The notes beneath the pieces are model-generated. The model ran no database searches, was not told the DNA's origin, and worked only from the letters and a program-made list of their open reading frames with translations. The translations under genes and the position numbers were made by a program. Source: Monocercomonoides exilis PA203 (Eukaryota > Protista > Preaxostyla). From it: 64,000 nt of DNA. The DNA lies in NCBI GenBank assembly GCA_001643675.2, contig LSRY02000019.1, positions 1-64,000 on the forward strand. Reading direction: 5' to 3'. Shown one piece after another: positions 13,547-25,800 of this stretch (position 1 is the first letter of the stretch; each line of letters opens with the position of its first letter).

Positions 13547-13924
13547 TGCTCCAACGATGATTATGGGTTTTATGAACCCATATTTTTATGATATCCCATT
13601 AACAAACCAAACTTAAAAAACTATAATTTCCTTCACTGCTTCCATTTTTGAAATTCAATTCTCTGTCTTGTTTTCCATTTTTCAGATTCATTCTTTTTTT
13701 ATTAATTTCAAGAAACTGCCATCTTCAGCAAATTCTATGGTTGCTCTTTATTTTTCTGATTCATGTCTTCCCCATCTTTTTTGCTTGAATGAAATTTCTC
13801 ATCCCCTCAGCCCTTTTTTCGTGATAAGGCATTTTCATGGAATTGTTCATTTTCATTCTGAATCTCAATGTTTTCTTCCTTTGATTTCATCGTCTCCTGA
13901 AAATAAAAATGGAGAAAAAATATC

Positions 13925-13948
13925 AAAATATAAATAAAATATAAATAA

Positions 13949-13979
<31 letters not shown>

Positions 13980-14058
13980 TAAAAATAAAAATAAAAATAA
14001 AAATAAAAATAAAAATAAAAATAAAAATTAAAACAAAAACGAAAATAAAAATAAAAAT
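13925..14058. repeat. (TAAAAA)n simple tandem repeat upstream of the receptor gene
   Basis: Directly visible run of taaaaa/taaaa units. Confidence 0.9.
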
Positions 14059-15084
14059 ACTGAGAAATAAATCAGAATTCTATTAATTCCTGCATTGTTG
14101 CTTTTGTTTCATTCATTGGCATTGCTTCAATCCTTTATCACACTTCCAAATTCGCCTTTTTCAGTTGCTCTTTCCAAGGGAAACCTTTTTTTCCAGTTGC
14201 ACAAAAGATAAATTGATTTTTGCAGAAATGTTCTCTGAATTTTCTCTTTTCCTGTTTTTCAACATTTGCCATCTGGCAAAATTTTTTTGAAAAGTTCCAT
14301 CACTTTAATTTTGTCCAACAAAAGATCACAAATGATCAAAAAAAGTTGATCATTCCGTTCCCATATAAGATTTATGCTAATTTTTTATTGTTGTTTTCTG
14401 AGCTAATTATTGAAAAGCATTTCAAAGATTTGATGATAACAGACAGAACGTTAATAATTTGTTAGCAAATGCTTTTGTTAGCTGCTGCTTTCGAGCTATT
14501 TGAATCAAATGAATTACATGTTCTTATTTCTGCATTTTCATTTCATCTATTCGAATATTCATTATAATTTCATGGATGTCATACAAGCTTTTATAATTTT
14601 CTTTTGTTGTTAAACGAATAAAATTGATTTGCTTTAATTCAAGAATTTTTCATAAGAATTAATCAAACAGGAAAAATTCATCAAAACTTTGCTCGTTGTT
14701 ATCGAAAAATATTCAAAAAGCAGTTGACATTGAATAATTATTAATGTTGTTTTTCAAAAAAAATCACTATTTATTACAAATGAAAAAAAAAACAAACTTT
14801 TCTCTTATTTTGATTTAATCATTCAATATTATCAAGTTTCTTTCATCTCAGTATGTGCCTTTCCCTTCTCCCTTCCTTTTAATATTGACACATTATGGAA
14901 AAATATCCTACAACTATCCTTTCAAATAGCATGAAAAAAGCAGATTTTTTCGGCTGGTCAACCATTCTGATACAAATGAAAATGTTGTGTTTGTGTCACC
15001 ATTAGGGCAGCCTGAAGACGTTGTGCAGTATCTGAAAAAGCTTCTTATGGCGGGAGCAGCGTAACAGTCGTTTCTTCGCTCAGC

Positions 15085-15585
15085 GCCTTCGTCTTCTTCA
15101 ACTGGAGCAGCACGCCGATCAGCTTCGCCATTCCTGAGGCGGAAAAGCGACGAGAAGAAGGCAGCAGGAGATGATAAGCTATCTTCTTCTTCTTCTTCAG
15201 CACCTGCGATTGACCCTTTGGATGCATCTGCGGTGGCAGCGCAATTCACGTCGGCAGGAGCGATGGACGACTTCGAGAGGTGGCTGGGGTGTATGAAAAT
15301 CAAAAGATTTCGTAACTGAGGGAGCAACGGACGCTGCATGGATATGTTGTGGCGCGACTGGCGGTGCTGTATGGGGGTGTTGCATGAGCGTGCGATGAGG
15401 AGCTTTCAGCGATGCTTAAGGTTCAGTTCGTGGCGCAGCTTCCATCGCTTGCAGCGTCTATGTGCACGAAGTCGGGGAGCAAGCGAATCTTTGTAGCGGC
15501 AGATGTGATTGCAATCTGTTTATAACATTGCAGCTGGCTTTGCGATCACCGCAGTCGATGCGTGTGGTGGTGAAGCTGGATAAGG
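15085..15585 (+). pseudogene. Decayed fragment of the same large uncharacterised gene family as 21177-29597, in opposite orientation
   Basis: Aligns by eye to the reverse complement of ~29044-29597 (shared ggagatgataag, gcgatggac, aaatcaaaaga.ttcgtaa, ccatcgcttgcagc, gcacgaagtcgggga, gcgatc.ccgcagtcga). Contains in-frame stops. Confidence 0.7.
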
Positions 15586-15592
15586 AAGCGAT

Positions 15593-18445
15593 ATGACACT
15601 TGCCCACAGTGCGCGAAGTGGCGAAGAGCTGAAGAATATGGAAGAAGATCTGAAGAGGAAAATGGTGAATGCGGTGAATATACTGCGTGAGATGTGTGTG
15701 AAGTGCGAGGCGCAGATATCTGAGATTGCAGGGGAGAATGAAGGGCTGAGCAGACAAATCCGGGAGCTGAAGGAGCAGCAAGAGGAGGAGAAACATGAGA
15801 TGGTAAATATGTCTACAAAGTTCAACATACTTTTGCAGAAGATCCGGGACGACGAGCGGAAATCGTTGCGGATGAGTGCGCTGGTTAAGAAGCTGCAGGA
15901 GAAGAACAAGATTATCCTACGGCGGGAGAGTAAGATTCAGGAGCTGAATGAGAAGCACAATGCATAGGTGAAGGAGCTTCAGGAGCAGCTGGCGGCCATG
16001 AAGGAGAAAGTCGAATTTATTTATGTGGGGATAGAGAAGGAATTGAAAATCAAGATAAAGAAGTGCGAAGTGGAAAGTGGAGAAAGCAATGTTTCGATAG
16101 ATGCACCAAGGGTGTTATTTACGCCGGCTTTTTTTTTGAGCCCTGTGAAGGGGCATGCTGGTTCCATCTTCGGTTTCGATGATTCAGCCATCGGAGTTGT
16201 TTGAAAAGGACTAAGAAAATTTGCACCGAGCATCGGGGATGGCTGCAGTGTGATGGTTGTATCAGACCCGAGCGAGAAGGTTGTTGTTGTGAAAGCGAGT
16301 AGAGGAGTGAATATTGCAGGAGAAGCAAATGACGATGGAGCAGAGAATGCTTGTAATGGTGATGGAGGATGAGTGGATACAACTGTAAAGCAGAAGATGA
16401 ACCAGATGGAAAAGGAAACAAAAATGTTGATGGAGCTGCTGAAAGGATACGTATAGGCAACAAGCGAGTAGATGGCGCTGTTTATGGAGGTGATTGAGAA
16501 GCAGCAAATTATTCTTATGTTTTCAAAAAGCAGGAGCAGAAGAAAGTGAAGTTGTCGTTTGAAGAGACGATGGAGCGCCCGACGAGCTCAGCGTCTTTAT
16601 TGCTGGAGCAGGTGGTGTTCGAAATTGTGCATATGCTTCTGATGTCGCACATATATAAGTTATCAATGTCGATTCAGTCGAGACAGCAGTGGCTAAAGAC
16701 AGGACAGCTACGGAAGCTGGCGTGGATGCAGTCGACGATCAAGGGAATATTCAGAGACAAGATATTGGTTGATTTGAGTGATGGCAGCTCCGATTGTGAA
16801 GATGTGGAACTTCCAAGGCAGTTGTTTTGAAGATTTTGTGTGTTTGCGGCTGGGGGAGAAGTTCTAGGAGAATAAAAAGAAAGAGGCAGTGCTGATGGCA
16901 ATGATCTGCAATGTGATGTTGTTCCGAAAGGAATTTTCACATGTGCAGCAGTTGGGAAGTACGTGCCGGAGGATTTTACGGGAGGTGAGCTGTCTTTCTT
17001 CCTTTATTGCAACACGATGCAGTTTGAAGGCAAGCAGCAGAAGCAGCCGATGAAAGAGAAAGAGGACTTCCTGACAATATCGTTCCGGATGTGTCGTATG
17101 CGTATCGACATTTTGCTTGAAGGGGTATTAAAGAAGAAGATAAAGATGTTTTTTAAGGAGTTAAAAGAGATGAAGTCGGAGAAGGGAGAGGTTGATGCAT
17201 CTTTATTTCTTGGATTGCTGCTGAACATCAACCTAGCTGTTGCAGCGAGTCTGAAAGAGGTGATGAATGTGTAAGTCAGATACGATATGCAATGGCAATC
17301 CTCCTATTTTGTCATCTTCAGAAATATAATAGTCATTGGGTATGGCACGTTGGGGCAATGCAAACGATGAAGTGGAGTCTCTTCCACACGTGCAATCCAG
17401 ACTCAATTTGCGCAGTCCCGGAGGATCTTCTGAGACGCATGTCGGCTGTCGAGGTGCTGTCTGCCGTCGTTTGCGTCGGTGCTGTGGGCGTGCCAGTGCA
17501 ACGATTTCTTAATACTGAACCAACGGTCGCCGTATAAGTGCGATGTTGCATACCGAAGAGAGCCTCTATCACAGTTTGAGAACATTGCTGTTAAAAAGAC
17601 TGTGAGCTATCACTTTGCACTGATGAAGCAAGTGCCTGACGAATGGATGCGTGCGCTTTCGTTGGTGCCAGCTGGGGTGTGTGTGAGGGTTGTGCTGAGG
17701 AAAAGAACGGAGAGTCTGCAGACTGTGATGTGGAAGAAAGAAGGGCAGCGGATGCTGTTGTGGATGGTGAAGCTGGATGTGGAGTTGGTGGGACTGCAAA
17801 TTGGAAGAAAGAGGTGGAAGTGGAGATCTTCTTTAAGCTGCCACTGTGAGACTGGAAGCGAGTTGTTATGTCTCACGACACAATGACATGGAACTGGAAG
17901 GGAGAAGGAGCCAATGCCTTTTCATGCTTCATTATTATCTTCTTCTTTAACTTTTACATAATAGCTCGAGAAGGGTTTGAGTGAGAAAGAGATGGAGATC
18001 AACAACATGCTGCTGTTCTTTGAATGCGTATAAGATGCGATCGACGCTTTGAATTTTCTTATGACATGTTCATCAGAGTTATCATCTTCTTTTCCTTTTT
18101 CATCCTTTTCTATCTCCTGTTTCTTGTCGAATTCATTTTCTTTCAAAAAGCTTTTGAAAGAAACAGATATGCAGTTAACACTGAGAATACAACAGTCTTC
18201 CTTCAATATATTTCTGAACATAACGTTTGAAGAGAAGAAGTTGAAGAAGGTGAAGGTGAAGGTGAAGGTGAAGGAGAAGAAGGAGAAGAAGTAGATGATG
18301 AAATCAAAGAATACGAAGAAGACGAAGAAGACGAAGAAGACGAAGAAGACGAAGAAGAAATAAAAGAAGAAATATATGATAACAAAGAAGACTTTGAAGA
18401 AGAAAAATCAACAACTGAAAGAGAAAGCTGTCCATATGCTTCATG
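15593..18445 (+). pseudogene. Patchwork of decayed coding fragments (coiled-coil segment, unknown domain, acidic tail)
   Basis: Same-frame ORFs are separated by stops (15593..15967/15968..16204; 16546..16830/16963..17274). Coding-like GA-rich composition. No recognisable family. Confidence 0.5.
18236..18405 (+). repeat. Low-complexity acidic-coding repeats (GAAGGT)n and (GAAGAAGAC)n
   Basis: Visible tandem units that would encode EGEGEG and EEDEEDEED. Confidence 0.8.
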
Positions 18446-20162
18446 AATAATAGAACTGCCTGAATATGAATATAACTGACCAAAATTGAATTTCACATTC
18501 TAAATTCGAACTTTCTCTGACGTTGTGATTAGACTTTTCTCGTTGGTTATTGTTGAGTTCAGATACAGCAAAGCAGCTGAGGATATTCCAACGAGTTATT
18601 GCTAATATTCTGCACACTGCATTCTCCATTTATGAAAGTTTGCTCTGAAATCTGCTGCGAATTTGTCGAGCTAAAAACAGTTTTTCCAATTAAAGAAACA
18701 TATTGTTAAACAAATCATAAAACCATCAATTTTTGATAAAATTTTTGTTTATTCCAACTTTAACCAGCTGTATTTACCAACAAGAAATGTTGATATTCAA
18801 TCCGAGTTAAAAAAAAATTCTGAGTAAGTTAAAACTTAAACGATTATCAAGATCTTTGTTTATTCTTAAAAAGAATCAAATAAACCATTAACAATTCATT
18901 GGTCAGTAATTGAATGATAGTTAAAGCAAATATAACTCTTTTTCATTGAGAATTTTATATTTTTTTATTTTGATCAATAATTTGATATATAATTTTTTGA
19001 TTCAAACATTTTCTTTTCATGAAGAAGATTGCAATTAACAGATAAGCATTTTCGTTATAATTTTAATCTTTTCATAAAAATAATGGAAACGGAATGATTA
19101 TATATTAACTGCCATGGGTCAAGTTTTTGATCTGATGTCACTTTTCAAAATAATTTAGCCATCTCTTTTAATCCTATTCTTGCTCTCTTCCATTTCATGT
19201 CAACTTATTTTTGTAATCTTCCTCTTTGATCTCTTTATTTTTATCAATCTATTTTTGCGTTTTCCTGATTTTTCAGATTGCCTGTCAATGAGAAATAAAA
19301 CTCTTTTAAAAATTATTCTTTGTTTGAACAGTTTAAATCGGATACAATTACATCTGTTTTAGCATAAATTTTTATGACAATATCCGATTGTGATAATAAA
19401 CGATGCAACTTTACACAGAAAATAATAAAAATTAATAAATAAATAAATAAATTTTGGGTCAAAAATTTTCAATTTTTGATAATTCTTCAAAAATATACAA
19501 AATTCATTTGCGAAATTAATTATTTGGCATACTGCAACTATAAGCGCATCAGTTATTTTTCACAATTTTTTCACTCCAAGAAAAAATTGAAGTTATTTAA
19601 GTTAATTATAATCTCTTTGTTATGAAAGCATGAAAAAATATCAAAAAAACTTTAAATTGAGTAAGAAAATTTAAAAAACAAAAAATATTGATCCAATGAT
19701 CACTTTGATCTGAAAATTTCAAATTAAAAATTCTCTCGAAATAAGACTTTTCAGAATGAAAAAAGATTATTATTGCAAAGACACCTAACGAATGAATGCA
19801 TATATTACGAAAAAGAGACAAAATTTGAGGATAATAAATTGAGTGTGTTTGTAACTCTCTAAGTTTCTGCTATTTTTTTCACTTTTAAAAAACTTCATCG
19901 TCAATTTATCCATTTATTTCAGACATATAAACTATCCTCAATAAAACTGAAAACTTAATGAACAGAATAATAAAAATTTTTGAATATTTTTTGGTTTCAT
20001 TGATGTCGTTCAAGTTTCATTATGCCAATTTTTTTCACAAATAAACATTATTAAAACTTTTTTGAGTTCATTTTTTGATAAAGCGAAAAATTGAAATTTT
20101 TGTTCAAAAAATCGATTTTTAATTGAAAAAGGTACCAATTACTAAATAAAATGTGATTATAT

Positions 20163-20191
20163 GGGTAATTCTTTTTGGGATCATACTTTTT
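20163..20191 (+). repeat. Left TIR (29 bp) of the putative 21-kb element
   Basis: gggtaattctttttgggatcatacttttt; its reverse complement matches 41210-41238 at 28/29 positions. Confidence 0.8.
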
Positions 20192-22560
20192 CTGTCAAAA
20201 TTTTCGGTCTGATTTTTTTCGGTTCGAAAGTTATCAACATGTAAAGAATTTGAACGGAAAACATCTTAAAATCTATAAAGCTTAAATCTCTCATGAAACT
20301 CTTCAAAATCCTTTATTTTAAACTTGAATTATCGCTTTTTATCAAAATTTTGGAACATTGACATTGTTTTTTTTCATTCAGTTTCCGTTATTCTTGAAAA
20401 ACAAATGTTATCATGATAATATTTAAAAACATGTCACAAACTTCATTTGGACGACAATCAATCAGATTTAAAAAGTTATGTTTTTTGATCTCATAAAAAT
20501 TACAATTGCTGATTTTTGGTGAATTAGAGTTTTTTCTTTTTGATCCATCTTGAAAATAGATGTTTATAAAATTTACAATGAATGTTTCGATTCTTTTTTA
20601 AGAAAATTAAATATTAAGATACGTATATAAAGTTTTATTCAATCAGATATTTTCAAATCTCAGAATTGATATCAACGTTTCGTATTAGCAAATACATCTC
20701 ACTAAAATTTTAAGCAAAAAAGCATTTTTATAATTGGTTGTTTGTAATTTGTTTTTTCTTAAAAGTTTAATTTTTTTTTGGATTTTTTGAATTCGTTTTT
20801 TTGTTGCAATATTCTCAAAGAATATAACTTCTGCATATGACTATTACAACGATCGGTGAATTTTCAGAGGGAAATATTTCATGTTGTCAATAACAATTTT
20901 AAACATTTTTAATTTGACGATGAAGAATATTTAGCCGGAAGGAGTAAGTGAATTGCGCATTTGAAAGAGTTCAAGAAGAGTAAAAAAATGAAGTTGAACA
21001 AGATGTTGTTATTGAATGGAGTGTATTTGAAGAAGTCACCCAGAGAACATCAAAAAATGTAAAGCGCAACCAGTGTGAGCATCAACCCTCTAGAGTCTCC
21101 GTCTTCTGCATTCAACCATCTAGACTCGTTCATCAGCGCTGCCCTACCATCTTTGAAACCTATTCGAACGACAGGATCAAGTGTCTCGACTTTTTCTTCT
21201 TCTCGAACTTTTTGCAATCGGCTGGTGATGTTGTATTCCACACCTATGGCAACATCTTTTTTCCTGTGACAAGCTTGCTTCCTCTTTATCACCAGTTACA
21301 CCTTCTGCTTCCACCCTCACCCGGTGCATTCCCTCTCGGCTGCAGCACACACACCGCCCACGCATCGCCACCAACGCCGGATAGTGCATAAACTCCCCAT
21401 TCTCCAGGAAATAGACTTCATACGATACCGTCTGCATCCCATACGCACCCGGAACAACGCTCCGTGTCCTCGTCGCACTGCCCCTTTGCAGCACAATTGA
21501 CCGTCCTGGCACCTGTATCAGCACCTCCACCGACCTCTGCGCTGACGTCGTGTTTGTCAGCACCACATCGCACACACACACGCCCCGATAGCATCTTCTC
21601 CCACTCCACACACTTCCTCGCCTTCCTCCCTTCCTCATTCATCTCCCACTCTTCGCTCACGTCATACACAAACTTTTACACAACCACCTGCTTCATCTCC
21701 ACTCGTTTCCCCAAGAGATTCAACTGCAGCCCTTGTTTCCTCACTTGTCTCTCTTATTATCTTTCTCTTTCCTTTTCTCCTTCTCCTTCTTCAGTTCCTT
21801 CCTTCCCTCCCTCAAATTCCTCCATCTCCTTCACAAACAGCACCACAGCTGTGTCCATGCTCCAAATAGACGCACTCGCCCTTCCTCCCCTCATCTCAAT
21901 CGCCTTTTCCACACAAACAGGATGCACACAAACATCTGTCAGCGCGGCTGCAAACGCCGCTGACGCAAATGAATCAGTGTATTCAATCACATTCGCTGAC
22001 ACAAAATGAACGGCCCTCCTACACTCGCGCGCATCCCTACCCACCCACTCCCCGGCGCACCCAAACAGATGTCGCGCATAGTCGAGGAAGAAATGGTTCC
22101 ACTCAATCAGCACAAAACGAGATGACGCCACACGATGATATTGGTTCTCTCGGTATTCCTTCATGTTCTCCACCTGCTGGAACTTCGCAACTGGTATTTT
22201 CTCTTTTTCTTTCCAGGTACAAAGCTCATCATCTCCAAAAAAGTCGCTAGAAACACAAGAAGCAGAAGTGAAAACATTACGCATATACTCTGATTCAATC
22301 TGCATTCCCATTGGCATCGCCATCTGAGGATCTGATGGAATAGCCATAAAGAAAGAGCCACAAAAATAATTTGCCCAACGAGGCATCACGCCAGCATTGC
22401 TTATCCTCTGCCATGCATTCTATTGCATCTATATTCTCGGCCTCTGCCCTTATCCTGCCTCCGCACCTGCCCTAGCCATCCCGACCATCGGCATTGCCAT
22501 TCTCGCTCCAGGCCTCGATCCTTTCTCCATCTGCCCCATCTGCCCTTGAACATCCGTTGC

Positions 22561-22788
22561 ACCCCCCAGCAGACACGGCATCAGCTTCAGCTCTTCGTTG
22601 TTCCGGATGAAGCACCCGCTCATCGTGCGCGTGTCACTCAGCTGCACATCGTTGAAGACAATCTTCTGCATGTCAGGCAGAATCCCTTCTTTCTTCCGCA
22701 CAAGTTCCTTCAGCTCCTCCACAGTAGTCTTCTTCGTCACACAAACTCGAATTATCTTCCCTTTCATCGTCCTCACCTGCATTTCCAT
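22561..22788 (-). other. Internal ubiquitin-like domain, exactly 76 aa, ending LLGG
   Basis: MEMQVRTMKGKIIRVCVTKKTTVEELKELVRKKEGILPDMQKIVFNDVQLSDTRTMSGCFIRNNEELKLMPCLLGG aligns without gaps to ubiquitin (T..GK.I, T.E..K....KEGI.PD.Q...F...QL.D.RT, L.GG). Confidence 0.9.
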
Positions 22789-22846
22789 CTTCCCCAAATC
22801 CCCTCCTTCGTTGAATGCTCGCCCCGATGCTCCTTTCACACTGCTC

Positions 22847-25800
22847 GGCATAGGTACATCTGTGCTTCTTTTGCAATTTGCAATGTTAAAAATTAACTTT
22901 ATGATGAAATAATAGATAAAAATAATTTAAAACTTTTGGGTGGAGGAATTTTTTGAAATTGTTTTTTCTTGTTGCTTAAAATCAATTTTGAAAAATCACC
23001 CATAAATTTTCCAATTTTTAATTAAAATAAATAAATAAAGATAATTTCTTATTAATAAATACATGCAATGCTTTAAAATGTTATATTAACCTTTTGCATC
23101 AATAAATTTCTGAGAAATAAAACATTTTTGAAAAATAAGTTTTGAAATTAATAATTTTTGATCTATCCCACAATCAAATTTCATATTGCCAAAGATTTAG
23201 GATTAGCTTTTTTTTGTGATGTGTTTAGTGCACACTTTCCAATATATTGCAATTTGAATATATAAATATTGTATAATTGTATGCAATGATTGTCATTTAA
23301 AATATATTATTATTATTAACAAAATTTGATTCTAATGATATGAAGTTGATAGTTATGCAACGTCACACAACATGAGTCCAATATTGGTGGATATAGTTGA
23401 AAATATATTGAAAATATGGATAAACGTATGCTACATATTTTATTATTATATTTAATCTGTAATTTTAACTTTTAACAATATATATTATAAAATTATAATT
23501 TCTCAGTTCGGAATGTTGCAGACAACATAGATTTAAATAAAATTAGAGGGGAAATATTCTAAGCATTTAATGCGTTTGGATCAATGATTATTAAAAATCA
23601 ACAATCAGTCATTACAGCTGCAGCAGCACAGGAAAAGGAGGAGGAGTGTATTTTGCAACAAAGGAAAGAGGGATTCTTGATTTTGCATTTGTGAGAATGA
23701 AATTTAGCGCAAACACAGCAAAAGTGGGGAATGATATTTTCACTGAATGTTACAACATCACATCGCAGATCAATGAAAGTCGATTTCAATTTGATCTTCG
23801 AAAGAAACCAAATGTTAGTTATGCAAATGTGGGAAATGGAAGGATGTGCTATTATGGATATGGATATTCACTTTCCATACTCCACATTGATATATGCAGG
23901 AACAAATCTATTTAACACATCACCAGCAACATTGAAACTCGTTGATTGAAGTTCTATTTTCGATGAAATGACACTCAACACTCAAGAAATGAACATTGAT
24001 GGAGATGTTGCAAAAGCAAAGATTGGAATTGTCGAAGGAGGAGAAAACGTATTTTTGATAAATAGCGAACGAGCAATCTCATTTTCATCATTGGCATTTT
24101 CGATATCAACATTTGCCGAATCAAGAAAGGAGTGTGTATTTTGTGCAGTGCAAACACATTGAGATTTGAAGGATGTTCATTTGGAGCAGAATCAGAAAGT
24201 ATTGGAGTGGGATTGATTTGCGGGAAAGGAGGGAAAGTGGAGTTGACAAATTGTGAATTTGAAAATATCCGAATGACCAAATCAGGGATGGTGACTTTTG
24301 ATGGAGCGGGGGTTGGAGGATTTATTGATAAGGTGATTGTGAGGAATGTGACAAGACAAAACGTGGGAAGAAGTTTGTTCGAATTAAGAAATGGAGGAGA
24401 TGTTGAGGTTAAGAACACGACGATGAATGAATCTCGTTTTGATGATGGAAATGGGATTGAGATTGGAGAAGGGATTAATGCGAAAATCTGGAACTGCACA
24501 TTCAAATCGATTCAGAGAGGCAGTGGGAATGGAGGGGTGTTGAATGGGAGAGTGGGGAGTGGGAAGTGTGTGGATATTAACAAATGCGTGTTTGAGGAAT
24601 GCAGATGCGAGTCAATGAGTGCAATTGGGGGAGGTGTTGATATGATTGTGGGAGATGGAGGGAATTTGTTGTTTGATGACAACAAGATGAATGGATGCAC
24701 AGTTTCAGAGAGAAGCGGAAAAGGAGAAGGGTTGCATCTGACATTTGAGACAACGAATATTGAATACTCTATGAAGAATGACACTTTCACGAACAATGTG
24801 GCAGAAAAAGGAGAAGATGTGTATTTGGTGTGCGGATCACCATGGACGATGCTTCTTCCAGCGTTGTAGGAAGGGACAGCCACAAGAGTCACAGCAGAAA
24901 ATAAGATGTGGGTGCTTGAGTCATCTGAACCAAGAAAAGAAGACTCACTGATCAATTATCTGTTTCCAAGATTGGGATCAAATTTGTTTGTGAGCAATGC
25001 TGGAAACGAATTATCAAGTTGTGGAGCGAAAGAAAATCCTTGCTCGTCTGTTGATATTGGGTTTGATCGGTTGAACGATGAGATAGAGAGGATTATGGTT
25101 GTTAGTGCTGCTTCAGTGAGCAAGACTATCAACAGAGGTGGGAAAGGACTGACAATCAAAGGGAATGAAGAAACGAGAGAACTGGTTGTTGAAGAGGGAG
25201 GGAAATTTGAATTGACAGAAGGGGATGGGCAAACACATTTGACTTTGTCACTTCTTCAGATTTCGCTTCAATGCTCCTCCTCTGCAAGTGCAAGTGGTGA
25301 TGAATCGATTGTGGAAGTGAGGATTGGGGAATGTTTCATTTTGGATTGTTTGTTCTCAGGAGGAGAAGGGAATTCAAATGCGAATGTGAATTCAAATGTG
25401 AATGAGTGTGGGAAGTGGATAGTGATTGGGAATGGAGGGGTTATTCGAATAGAGAGAACAGAAATGAACGGGATAACATTCGAAGGATATGGAATTGCAA
25501 GAGTTGGAGGAGGGAATGTGATATTTGAGAACTGTTCATTGAGTGGGATTGAAATCAGTGGAGGAGGAGTGATAGTGGGGAATGGTGGATCGGAAGTGAC
25601 ATTGAGGAACATGACAGCATTGGGGTGTGTTGTGGGAATAGGATCGCTGATAACATCGAATGGAGGATCGAGTTTGAGAGTTGATGGAGAAAGCAGATTT
25701 GAGGATATTGAGACTGAAAGTGTGAGTGGAGGGTGTTTGAAGAGTGAGATGAACCTGAATGATTTGCTTGAAATGGGATCATCATCCATATTGAGATGCT

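Noticed and set aside
5026-13616. Numerous plus-strand ORFs overlapping the receptor gene (and likewise at 56947-63869)
   Set aside because: They are antisense shadows of a long GA-rich coding strand: S/F/P-rich, with no domain motifs.
13925-14058. (TAAAAA)n as a possible telomeric repeat
   Set aside because: Internal position, no G-rich strand and imperfect units; an ordinary AT microsatellite.
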